Part shown: positions 1 through 6,399 of the stretch, in pieces
Layout of the letters: every line of letters starts with the position of its first letter
Numbering within the stretch: position 1 is the first letter of the stretch
DNA from: a virus
IMG/VR virus record: IMGVR_UViG_3300032038_006501
Location: 71,889-85,987 of that record
Reading direction: 5' to 3' (one strand)
DNA length: 14,099 bases
Translations under genes and position numbers: made by a program
The notes under the pieces: model-generated
Told to the model about the DNA's origin: nothing
The model's database searches: none
What the model saw: only the letters and a program-made list of their open reading frames with translations

Positions 1-476
1 CTACTAAATTTACCTTACTAAAGTATGCGGGCAAGGATACAAATAAAACTCCAATTGGAGGAGCAACTTTTAATTTACTAGATACTAATGGTAATAAAGT
101 TCAATTCTATGAAATCATTCCTAATCAAAAATATCGTTTAACAACTTCAGAAGATAGCAGTTCTATGACTGATATTGTTACAGCCGCAGGAAAAACTGTT
201 GAAATTGAAGGTTTAGATGCGGATATTACTTATCAATTAAAAGAAATTAAAGCTCCGCAAGGATATGATTTATTAACTGAAACTATTGCAATTCAAGCTC
301 CAGATGATTTATCTTTAGTTGTAGAAGTTGCAAATAATACTCATAGCATTCTTCCTTCTACTGGTGAAGATGGTATTTATCTTTACTATTTAATTGGAGC
401 ATTTTTATTAGTTGGTGGAATTTTAGTTATTATTGCTTCTAAAAAAAATAAAAAAGATATGGACAAAATTGTATAA
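1..476 (+). CDS. C-terminal part (5' truncated by the window edge, reading frame starts at nt 3) of an LPXTG-anchored cell-wall surface protein with a Cna-B/SpaA-pilin-like domain
   Basis: Frame is open from nt 3 to the TAA at 474-476. Translation ends ...NNTHSILPSTGEDGIYLYYLIGAFLLVGGILVIIASKKNKKD, which is LPSTG followed by a hydrophobic segment and a K-rich tail, the classic sortase sorting signal. Upstream FTLLKYAGKD..PIGGATFNLLD...EIKAPQGYDLL resembles the Gram-positive pilin / Cna-B isopeptide-domain pattern. The track's ATG at 165 is internal. Confidence 0.75.
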   Translation, partial: TKFTLLKYAGKDTNKTPIGGATFNLLDTNGNKVQFYEIIPNQKYRLTTSEDSSSMTDIVTAAGKTVEIEGLDADITYQLKEIKAPQGYDLLTETIAIQAPDDLSLVVEVANNTHSILPSTGEDGIYLYYLIGAFLLVGGILVIIASKKNKKDMDKIV

Positions 477-537
477 TATCTCACTATAATTTTTTATATT
501 TGTTAGAGATAATTTTCATTTAAAATGCAATAATAGA

Positions 538-577
538 GAACTTAGCAACACTATTGTTGTTAAGTTCTTTTTTTTAT
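538..577 (+). terminator. Rho-independent terminator after the surface-protein gene
   Basis: GAACTTAGCAACA-CTAT-TGTTGTTAAGTTC forms a 13-bp stem with one G.T wobble and a 4-nt loop. A T8 run follows at 568-575. Confidence 0.7.
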
Positions 578-613
578 AGAAATAGCAGTAATTAATAAGG
601 GGTGAGACGATTC

Positions 614-784
614 ATGATAAAACTATTAAACGTAGATACTCAATATAATATTTATGAATATTTTGTAGATTCAACAGAAGATATAGCAAATCTACCTACA
701 GATAGTCCAGGGTCAACCGCATTAGTTGCAGCTACTTCCGAGGTTTACATTTTAAACAATCAGGGTCAATGAACAATTCTTTAG
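614..784 (+). CDS. Small hypothetical protein (56 aa), intact only if the TGA at 770-772 is read as Trp
   Basis: ATG 614 preceded by AAGGGGTGA. It fills the gap between the terminator and the next gene. Translation under code 4 is MIKLLNVDTQYNIYEYFVDSTEDIANLPTDSPGSTALVAATSEVYILNNQGQWTIL. The TAG stop overlaps the SD of the downstream gene. Confidence 0.3.
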
Positions 785-799
785 AAGGAGGTATATTTT

Positions 800-1096
800 A
801 TGGATATTACAACATATGCTTTAGCTAAAAAATATACTGATTCTAAAGTTATTCAAGTCTCAGAGGGTATTGTCCCGCAAATTGGAGAAAATGGAAACTG
901 GATAATTGCGGGAGTAGATAGCGGAATTAAAGCATCTTCTGAACAAGTTGAAGTAGATGGTACAGGTAAATTAAAAGTTGATTCTACTAATGGAAATCTT
1001 TTAATAGTAGATGAAGATGGACATACTATTGCAACAATTACAGGACAACAAGAAATTTCTGATGATAATATAGACGCCTTGTTTGAAGATGATTAG
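800..1096 (+). CDS. Hypothetical protein (98 aa), paralogue of the next gene
   Basis: Strong SD GAAGGAGG 8 nt upstream of ATG 800. The N-terminus (TTYALAKKYTDSK) and C-terminus (ISDDNIDALFEDD) match motifs in the 1105-1404 product. Confidence 0.6.
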   Translation: MDITTYALAKKYTDSKVIQVSEGIVPQIGENGNWIIAGVDSGIKASSEQVEVDGTGKLKVDSTNGNLLIVDEDGHTIATITGQQEISDDNIDALFEDD

Positions 1097-1104
1097 GAGA
1101 AAAA

Positions 1105-1404
1105 ATGACACAGTATCTTAGTTATGAGGGTCTTCAAAAATATGATGAAAAACTCAAAAATTGAGTGCGGAATCAAGACTCTGTTTTACAACAATTAATT
1201 GGAAATGAATCAGTTTCAACTCAAATTACAAACGCTATCGCCGCACTTATTAATAGTGCTCCAACAGAATTTGATACTTTAAAAGAAGTTTCTGATTGAA
1301 TACAAGAACAAAAAATATTAAATACTCAAATTTCTGATAAATTAGATAAAATAGATGATATAGAAATAATCTCTTCCGAGGATATAGATTCTTTATTTAA
1401 TTAA
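1105..1404 (+). CDS. Hypothetical protein (99 aa) with a phage tail-fibre-like AP..DTL.E motif; needs TGA read as Trp (two in-frame TGA codons)
   Basis: SD AGGAGA precedes ATG 1105. Translation under code 4 is MTQYLSYEGLQKYDEKLKNW VRNQDSVLQQLIGNESVSTQITNAIAALINSAPTEFDTLKEVSDW IQEQ...IISSEDIDSLFN. The segment LINSAPTEFDTLKEV resembles the conserved tail-fibre N-terminal repeat (APxxLDTLxEL). The standard code breaks the ORF into fragments under 60 aa, so the track does not show it. Confidence 0.55.
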
Positions 1405-1410
1405 TATAAT

Positions 1411-1448
1411 AGGCTCGACTTTATTTTTTAAAGTCGGGCCTTTTTTTA
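1411..1448 (+). terminator. Rho-independent terminator
   Basis: AGGCTCGACTTT-ATTTTT-AAAGTCGGGCCT forms a 12-bp GC-containing stem (one T.G wobble). A T7 run follows. Confidence 0.75.
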
Positions 1449-1477
1449 TTGTCATATACCTTTTATTTTGATATAAT
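1449..1477 (+). promoter_or_regulatory. sigma70-like promoter: TTGTCA, 17-nt spacer, TATAAT
   Basis: TTGTCA at 1449-1454 and TATAAT at 1472-1477 with a 17-nt spacer, directly downstream of the terminator and ~60 nt upstream of the ATG at 1537. Confidence 0.5.
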
Positions 1478-1536
1478 TATATATAAAGAAATAACAGTGA
1501 ATATGCAAAAAGACTTCAATTGAAGGAGAATCAGGA

Positions 1537-1824
1537 ATGAGAATTAACATAATAAACAGCTATCTCAAAGAAGTAAATATAAATCCAAGATACATAACCC
1601 GAGCATATATAGATGAGAACGGTAAAGCGATAGTGACGATTGTCGGGTTCGAGAGTATATGGGGCGAGTACACAAATGAGGGCTATCAACTTCCATCAGA
1701 ATATACAATAGATATGGAATCTTACGAGCGCATCGTAGCATATATGGATACGGTAGAAAAACAGCAATACAAACTTAGTGAGTTAAATGATAAGCTGTGC
1801 GAACTTGGAATCAAGGTGAGTTAG
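1537..1824 (+). CDS. Hypothetical small protein A (95 aa), first gene of the GC-rich cassette
   Basis: SD GAAGGAG upstream. The ORF is open in the standard code and uses TGG for Trp. The C-terminus ...CELGIKVS is encoded by the junction repeat. Its TAG stop abuts the next ATG (TAGATG). Confidence 0.6.
   Translation: MRINIINSYLKEVNINPRYITRAYIDENGKAIVTIVGFESIWGEYTNEGYQLPSEYTIDMESYERIVAYMDTVEKQQYKLSELNDKLCELGIKVS
1799..1817 (+). repeat. Junction repeat copy 1: GCGAACTTGGAATCAAGGT
   Basis: First of three direct copies at the 3' ends of consecutive genes. It encodes (C)ELGIKV and contains the SD (AAGGTGA) for the next gene. Confidence 0.8.
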
Positions 1825-2136
1825 ATGGATGAAAACGAAATGATAGTGTGTGAGTTTCTACGCAAAATTGCACCGCCACGCGAGTGGAAATACCTTGGCG
1901 AAGTCGAGCATTACTGGATTAGTCAACTTTGTGACGAGTTGAACAAGCAGCTCAAGGCTGAGAACGCCAAACTGCGCAAGTATGCCAAGCTGTACGCTGG
2001 CGCAGTCAAGATTATTTGTGACCTATGCCCATACTGCGATGACTTCGAGACATGTAAAGACACGGAGGTTGAGCCGATGAGTGAAGGATGCGCTCTGCAC
2101 ATGGAAATGTGCGAACTTGGAATCGAGATAGACTAG
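1825..2136 (+). CDS. Hypothetical Cys-rich small protein B (103 aa)
   Basis: GC-rich codon usage (CTG, GCC, CGC). Cys-rich (CDLCPYCDDFETC...). The C-terminus ...MCELGIEID lies in the repeat. TAGATG junction with gene C. Confidence 0.6.
   Translation: MDENEMIVCEFLRKIAPPREWKYLGEVEHYWISQLCDELNKQLKAENAKLRKYAKLYAGAVKIICDLCPYCDDFETCKDTEVEPMSEGCALHMEMCELGIEID
2111..2129 (+). repeat. Junction repeat copy 2: GCGAACTTGGAATCGAGAT
   Basis: 16 of 19 positions identical to copy 1, including the TG(T/C)GCG lead-in. Confidence 0.8.
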
Positions 2137-2430
2137 ATGGCTAAGTATGTTGGCTTCAAGATTGGCAAAGTACATGAAAGCCATGTAATCAGTGAATACT
2201 ACTGTGGCAGTTGCGGGTTTCCCGTCACTGACCACGACAGCTTTTGCCCAGAATGCGGTGGAGCATTTCACGAGTGCGACGTAAGCAATCTCGAAAACGA
2301 GAATAAAAAGTTGCGGGAGTTGATTGACGAAGTACACGAGATGCTTTACACTGATAGGGCTGGTATGTTCCATAAGTTGATTCTTTCAGAATTGGAAGAT
2401 GGTATGCGCGAACTTGGAATTGAGGTATAA
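2137..2430 (+). CDS. Hypothetical zinc-ribbon small protein C (97 aa)
   Basis: CGSCG...CPECGG pattern (two CxxC pairs). The C-terminus ...MRELGIEV lies in the repeat. The TAA stop is followed one nt later by the next ATG. Confidence 0.6.
   Translation: MAKYVGFKIGKVHESHVISEYYCGSCGFPVTDHDSFCPECGGAFHECDVSNLENENKKLRELIDEVHEMLYTDRAGMFHKLILSELEDGMRELGIEV
2408..2426 (+). repeat. Junction repeat copy 3: GCGAACTTGGAATTGAGGT
   Basis: Third copy. The GAGGTA within it serves as SD for gene D. Confidence 0.8.
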
Positions 2431-2431
2431 A

Positions 2432-2779
2432 ATGGATGATTGTATGAGTTTTCCGCCATTATGGCAAGACTTCGTTGCAAAGTACCAATTTCGAGACAGA
2501 GAAGAGGTCTATACCAACGGCTCGAAACTGATACCTGTATTTCGCATCGAGCAGATGATGGAGCATTACCACGAGCATATTGAAGAAGAAAACGAAAAAC
2601 TCAAAATGCAGGTCGAAGCATTAAAGAATTATGCGCACGTTTTAAAGCTGTGCAAGGATCAAGCCTATTTGTGTGAATACTGCACATTTAATGGTATCGA
2701 TTTCGAACACAACGATATCAATTGCACTATCAATTTCAGCAAATTGCGAAAAAAGGCAGGGATGCAGAAAGAAAATTGA
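2432..2779 (+). CDS. Hypothetical Cys-containing small protein D (115 aa). It ends at TGA 2777-2779 in the standard code, and 4 codons later at TAA 2789-2791 if TGA is read as Trp.
   Basis: ATG 2432 with the GAGGTA SD is preferred over the overlapping track start at 2399. Last gene of the GC-rich block. Confidence 0.5.
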   Translation: MDDCMSFPPLWQDFVAKYQFRDREEVYTNGSKLIPVFRIEQMMEHYHEHIEEENEKLKMQVEALKNYAHVLKLCKDQAYLCEYCTFNGIDFEHNDINCTINFSKLRKKAGMQKEN

Positions 2780-2793
2780 GGAGATAATTAATA

Positions 2794-3402
2794 ATGGATA
2801 AAGTTACTATTATAGAAATTACCGAACATCCAATTGAAATTATTTCAAAAGGAGCAGGAACTAGCTATAAAAAAATTAATAATTCGTGACAAAGAGTTCA
2901 AACATGTATTAAAAATGGACATTTATCTGTAACTGAGTTTGCTCATATTAATTTTAAAATTGATGGAATTTCAAGAAGCTGTTTAGCACAATTAACTCGT
3001 CATCGTCTAATGTCTTTTTGTGTTGAATCTCAACGTTATGTCAAATATAATTTTAAAGATAATAATTGATATGTAATGCCAAAGGCTTTTAAAAAATCTA
3101 ATGCTTGAACTAGAAGATATATTTATGAAATGCGTAATGCAGCTTTAAGTTATAGACAAGCTATAGAAGATGGTATTAAACCAGAAGATGCTAGATTTCT
3201 TCTCCCAGAAGCAACAAAAACAAATTTAACTTGCGGGATGAATCTTAGAGAGTTTTTTAATTTTCTTAATTTAAGGCTTGATCCGCATGCACAATGAGAA
3301 ATTAGAGAATTGGCAGAAGAAATGTTTAATCAAGTATTAAATTATAATAATGAATGAAAAACTATTCTATCCTATTGGAAAGAAACTTGTTTTAATAAAT
3401 AA
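2794..3402 (+). CDS. thyX: Flavin-dependent thymidylate synthase ThyX (202 aa), intact only under translation table 4 (five in-frame TGA codons)
   Basis: SD GGAGAT upstream. The ThyX signature motif RHR-x7-S is present ([16 protein letters not shown]). Upstream matches include [15 protein letters not shown] (~ GHETPFEHIVFTFHV in Thermotoga ThyX). [15 protein letters not shown] aligns with T. maritima NFLNLRADSHAQWEI, and the W there is encoded by TGA. The standard-code track shows only sub-threshold fragments. Confidence 0.85.
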
Positions 3403-3408
3403 TTTTCT

Positions 3409-3438
3409 TTGTCAGTTGTTTTAAAAATATAGTATAAT
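3409..3438 (+). promoter_or_regulatory. sigma70-like promoter: TTGTCA, 18-nt spacer, TATAAT
   Basis: TTGTCA at 3409-3414 and TATAAT at 3433-3438, 25 nt upstream of the 3464 ATG. Confidence 0.5.
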
Positions 3439-3463
3439 AATATAAAAGAAAGGAGCAAGAGTA

Positions 3464-3643
3464 ATGACTAGAAAGAAAAAGCATTATAAACCAATACATA
3501 TTATGTCTAGCATAGAGCATACTCTTGCTCTAATGCCAAAATTTTATCCTGCTTCTCGTTGTGGGATAATTGGAGATACTTCTTATAATAGAAGAAAAGA
3601 AAAAAGAAATTTCCAAAGAGAACTCCAAGATGAGGGATATTAA
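3464..3643 (+). CDS. Small basic hypothetical protein (59 aa), first gene of the methyltransferase operon
   Basis: SD AAAGGAG 8 nt upstream of ATG 3464. Translation MTRKKKHYKPIHIM...NRRKEKRNFQRELQDEGY is Lys/Arg-rich. The stop lies 2 nt before the next ATG. It is below the track's length cut-off. Confidence 0.4.
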   Translation: MTRKKKHYKPIHIMSSIEHTLALMPKFYPASRCGIIGDTSYNRRKEKRNFQRELQDEGY

Positions 3644-3645
3644 AG

Positions 3646-4212
3646 ATGATTACTCAATATTCTTTTGGATTGAATACTCATGCAAGCAAGAATAATAATG
3701 TAAAAGATATTTGGAAAACTTGGAGTTGTGAAGAGATCCGTGCAGATTTACAACCCAATAGAAGTGCAATGATTAATATTTGTCAAAATTTAACTTCTGA
3801 TTTTAATAAAGGTACAATTATTAGAAGTCACAACGCTTTTCTTGGTAAAAGTGTATATATGATAGGTAAAAGAAAATATGATAAAAGAGGTGCTGTAGGT
3901 ACTTATCATTTAGAAACAGTTTATCATGCAGATACTTTTGAAGAAGTATTTACTTTATTAAAATCTCAAGGATATTTAATTTTGGCTGTTGATAATATTG
4001 AAAAATATAATCCAATAGCATTGAATGAAATAAGACTTCCATATTCTACTGCATTTGTTTATGGAGAAGAAAATGCGGGATTAGATGAAAAAACTATTAA
4101 GATGTGTGATGCTATGGTCTATATTAAGAATATTGGAAGTGTGCGGTCAATGAATGTAGGATGTGCCGCGAGCTGTTGTATGTATGAATATTCAAAACAA
4201 TGGAGGATATAA
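3646..4212 (+). CDS. SPOUT-class (SpoU/TrmH/TrmL family) RNA 2'-O-ribose methyltransferase (188 aa)
   Basis: The three SpoU motifs are present: NKGTIIRSHNAFLGKSVYMIG (N.G.IIR..A.G), FVYGEENAGLDEKTI (vFG.E..GL) and VYIKNIGSVRSMNVGCAASCCMYEY (IPM.G..RS.N...A..I..YE). The SPOUT core (~150 aa) is TrmL-sized, with a ~40-aa N-terminal extension. Confidence 0.8.
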   Translation: MITQYSFGLNTHASKNNNVKDIWKTWSCEEIRADLQPNRSAMINICQNLTSDFNKGTIIRSHNAFLGKSVYMIGKRKYDKRGAVGTYHLETVYHADTFEEVFTLLKSQGYLILAVDNIEKYNPIALNEIRLPYSTAFVYGEENAGLDEKTIKMCDAMVYIKNIGSVRSMNVGCAASCCMYEYSKQWRI

Positions 4213-4213
4213 A

Positions 4214-4948
4214 ATGAATCGAGCTAAAAGTCCTATGACTTATTATTCTAGTGATTTTCATTTTGGACATAATAGTCAATGGATTGATAATGATGGAATT
4301 CTACATAATCGAGGAATTATTACTTTTGAACGTCATCAATTTAAAACTATTAAAGAGCATGATGTCTATCTTATTCAATTAATCACAAATTGGTCTCAAC
4401 GCTGGGCAAAAGGTTCTGTTTTTTGGTTCCTTGGAGACTGGGGAAGTTTAGAATATCTTTGGATTATTCAACTTTTAAAAGATAATGGAATTGTTACTAA
4501 GATGATTCTTGGTAATCATGATTCTGTTTCTGATATCCCAATTTTTAAGCAATATTTTGATGAAGTTTATCAATATCCAGTCTTTATTTCTCAAAAACTG
4601 GTTCTTTCTCATTTTCCTGTAGCTGTTTATCCCGACCAAATTAATGTATGCGGTCATTTGCATGGAAGTAAATTAAAAGATGATAATCATGTCATAGCTT
4701 CTATTCATGTAGCTAATTATAATGCAATTTCTGATAAGAATCTTGCAGCAACTTTTAGTAAACTTCCAAAATTCACTCGTCGTTTTCTCTACGAGCCTTG
4801 GGCCGCAGATTATGTTTTTATTCAACCTAAAGAAGATGTAGTAATGGATAGAAATGGCAATATTGATCTTTCTGCATCTAGACTACTTCAAAGATTTAAT
4901 AAAGAAAAAAGGGATAAGAATGACCCTTATCAACCTTTTGTAGGATAA
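4214..4948 (+). CDS. Calcineurin-like metallophosphoesterase (244 aa), translationally coupled to the methyltransferase
   Basis: ATG 4214 lies 1 nt after the upstream stop, with GGAGGA as SD. The track's longer start at 4163 is rejected. Motifs SDFHFGH (DxH), GDWG (GDxx), GNHD and GHLHG (GHxH) are present. Confidence 0.8.
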   Translation: MNRAKSPMTYYSSDFHFGHNSQWIDNDGILHNRGIITFERHQFKTIKEHDVYLIQLITNWSQRWAKGSVFWFLGDWGSLEYLWIIQLLKDNGIVTKMILGNHDSVSDIPIFKQYFDEVYQYPVFISQKLVLSHFPVAVYPDQINVCGHLHGSKLKDDNHVIASIHVANYNAISDKNLAATFSKLPKFTRRFLYEPWAADYVFIQPKEDVVMDRNGNIDLSASRLLQRFNKEKRDKNDPYQPFVG

Positions 4949-4966
4949 TTTAAGAGGAGTTTTTTT

Positions 4967-5227
4967 ATGATTTATCAAATTGTAGCAAAAGAAAAACAAA
5001 TTGAAAATGAATGTGATGTTTGTACACTAGTTGTACCTACTTATTTAGAAGATTTTAATGAGAAAAAGGGATATAATTTTATTAATGAAGAACGTTTCTC
5101 TACTGATCTTGTAGATACTAAATTCCGTTATGTATCTGCTGATAATATTGTACAATTAAAAATTGCAATTTCAGAATTCAATCAAACAATTGGAGAAAAT
5201 GTAATTTCTCTTATTGAATTAATTTAA
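4967..5227 (+). CDS. Hypothetical protein (86 aa)
   Basis: SD AAGAGGAG upstream of ATG 4967. No recognisable motif. Confidence 0.5.
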   Translation: MIYQIVAKEKQIENECDVCTLVVPTYLEDFNEKKGYNFINEERFSTDLVDTKFRYVSADNIVQLKIAISEFNQTIGENVISLIELI

Positions 5228-5230
5228 TTT

Positions 5231-5260
5231 TTGACAGTCTCCCTTTTTCTATGATATAAT
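5231..5260 (+). promoter_or_regulatory. sigma70-like promoter: TTGACA, 18-nt spacer, TGaTATAAT (extended -10)
   Basis: TTGACA at 5231-5236 and TATAAT at 5255-5260 preceded by TG. It lies ~30 nt upstream of the 5292 ATG. Confidence 0.55.
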
Positions 5261-5291
5261 TATATTACAGAAAAGGAAAGGAGACTTAAAT

Positions 5292-5753
5292 ATGGAGTCC
5301 GACTTGAAGATTTTGCCACATGATATGCGTTTTTTTGAAATGGCAAAAGCTGAAGCAGAAAAAGGAACTTTTCCTCGATTTAAAATAGGATGCGTTGTAG
5401 TATATCGAGGAAAAGTTATTTCTTCTGCTTTTAATACACAAAAGCCAGACCCTGTGCAAAAGAAATATAACTCTTATAGAAAATTTAATAATATGAACAA
5501 TAAGGGTTGTATTAATCATTCTATTCATGCTGAAATTAGAGCATTAAAGCATATTTCTTATCCAATGTCTCAAAAAATAAATTGGTCTAAAGTTAAGATT
5601 TTTACTTATAGAATTAGTCCAGGTTTACCTTATGGACATGGAATGAGTCGTCCTTGTCCAGCTTGTATGCAATTTATTATGAATCACGGTATTCGTCAAA
5701 TTTATTATAGTACAGATATTGGATATGCAAAGGAGATAATTGAAGGATGCTAG
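5292..5753 (+). CDS. dCMP / cytidine deaminase family zinc enzyme (153 aa)
   Basis: HAEIRAL (H-A-E zinc/catalytic motif) and RPCPACMQFIMNHGIRQIYY (PCxxC). SD AAAGGAAAGGAG upstream. Confidence 0.8.
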   Translation: MESDLKILPHDMRFFEMAKAEAEKGTFPRFKIGCVVVYRGKVISSAFNTQKPDPVQKKYNSYRKFNNMNNKGCINHSIHAEIRALKHISYPMSQKINWSKVKIFTYRISPGLPYGHGMSRPCPACMQFIMNHGIRQIYYSTDIGYAKEIIEGC

Positions 5754-6022
5754 CTAGAATATATACTTCTAAAGAAATTCAAAATATATTAAAAAAGCAT
5801 AATGATGAATTAGATACTTGTTATACTATTTGTTATAAACAAAATGAGCCATATTTTTATTTACAAGAATTTAAAGATGGAAAATGACAAAATAAAAAAT
5901 TAACACAAGAAGAATCTAAAGAACTATTACTTAAAGATTTCTTTTATCAAATTGTTCCTAAATATTGGCATCTTTATTGTGATAATATATGTGGACATTA
6001 TATTTTAGTATGGGAAATGTAA
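5747..6022 (+). CDS. Hypothetical protein (91 aa), needs one TGA read as Trp; overlaps the deaminase stop (ATGCTAG)
   Basis: Open from ATG 5747 to TAA 6020-6022 under code 4 (…EFKDGKW QNKKLTQEE…). It is truncated in the standard code and absent from the track. Confidence 0.45.
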
Positions 6023-6023
6023 T

Positions 6024-6386
6024 ATGCCTTATAGCATGAAACCAATAGTTGGAATAATTGGTAGTAGGTCAATTACAACTTTAAATTTAGATTTATTTAT
6101 AGATAAAACTCATGTTGGAGAAATAGTAAGTGGCGGAGCTAATGGTGTAGATAAAATTGCAGAAAATTGAGCTAAAAAAAATAAAATCGAGTTTATTGCA
6201 ATGTTACCTAATTATAAATTATTAGGAAGTCATTGAGCTCCACTAAAAAGAGATGAAGATATTGTAGATTATTGTGATTTAATTATTTGCTTTTGAGATA
6301 CAAAATCTTCTGGTAGTAAATATACTATAAATTATGCCTTAAAAACAAGTAAACAAATCATTTTACATGAAATTATAGACAGATAG
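6024..6386 (+). CDS. SLOG-family protein (DUF2493 / DprA-Smf-like Rossmann fold), 120 aa; requires three TGA read as Trp
   Basis: Translation under code 4 is MPYSMKPIVGIIGSRSITTLNLDLF...VSGGANGVDKIAENW AKKNKIEFIAMLPNYKLLGSHW APLKRDEDIVDYCDLIICFW DTKSSGSKYTINYALK. The GSR...GGA.G.D..A..WA...........G.RN pattern is typical of phage DUF2493 proteins. Confidence 0.6.
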
Positions 6387-6399
6387 GGGAAAAACAATT

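Noticed and set aside
469-490. TGTATAAT and TATAAT promoter-like boxes overlapping the stop of the surface-protein gene
   Set aside because: They would fire directly into the terminator at 538, and AT-rich sequence produces many chance matches to the -10 consensus.
1636-1660. GGTTCGAG (T-loop-like) sequence inside gene A
   Set aside because: The flanking bases do not form T-arm or acceptor stems. It lies within a GC-rich coding region.
2023-2373. Minus-strand ORF (116 aa) in the track
   Set aside because: It lies entirely antisense to the well-supported + strand genes B and C and has no RBS. It is most likely a chance open frame.
1799-2426. CRISPR-like array from the three GCGAACTTGGAAT repeats
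   Set aside because: The repeats are ~300 nt apart, lie inside coding sequence at gene 3' ends, are only 19-22 nt long and are imperfect. This is not CRISPR geometry.
2399-2431. Track start of ORF D at 2399 (MVCANLELRYK...)
   Set aside because: It overlaps the end of gene C by 32 nt. ATG 2432, one nt after C's stop and preceded by the GAGGTA SD within the junction repeat, fits the pattern of the other two junctions.
2794-3402. ThyX as a pseudogene disrupted by five nonsense mutations
   Set aside because: The TGA codons coincide with conserved Trp or aromatic positions, and the rest of the frame is fully intact. Other genes show the same pattern, so recoding explains it better than decay.
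4163-4213. Track start of the phosphoesterase ORF at 4163
   Set aside because: It would overlap the methyltransferase gene by 50 nt. ATG 4214 has a proper SD (GGAGGA) and starts immediately before the conserved DxH motif.
4475-4663. Minus-strand ORF (62 aa)
   Set aside because: It is antisense to the metallophosphoesterase gene, is low-complexity and AT-driven, and has no start context.
5286-5528. Minus-strand ORF (80 aa)
   Set aside because: It is antisense to the dCMP deaminase gene, which has clear catalytic motifs.
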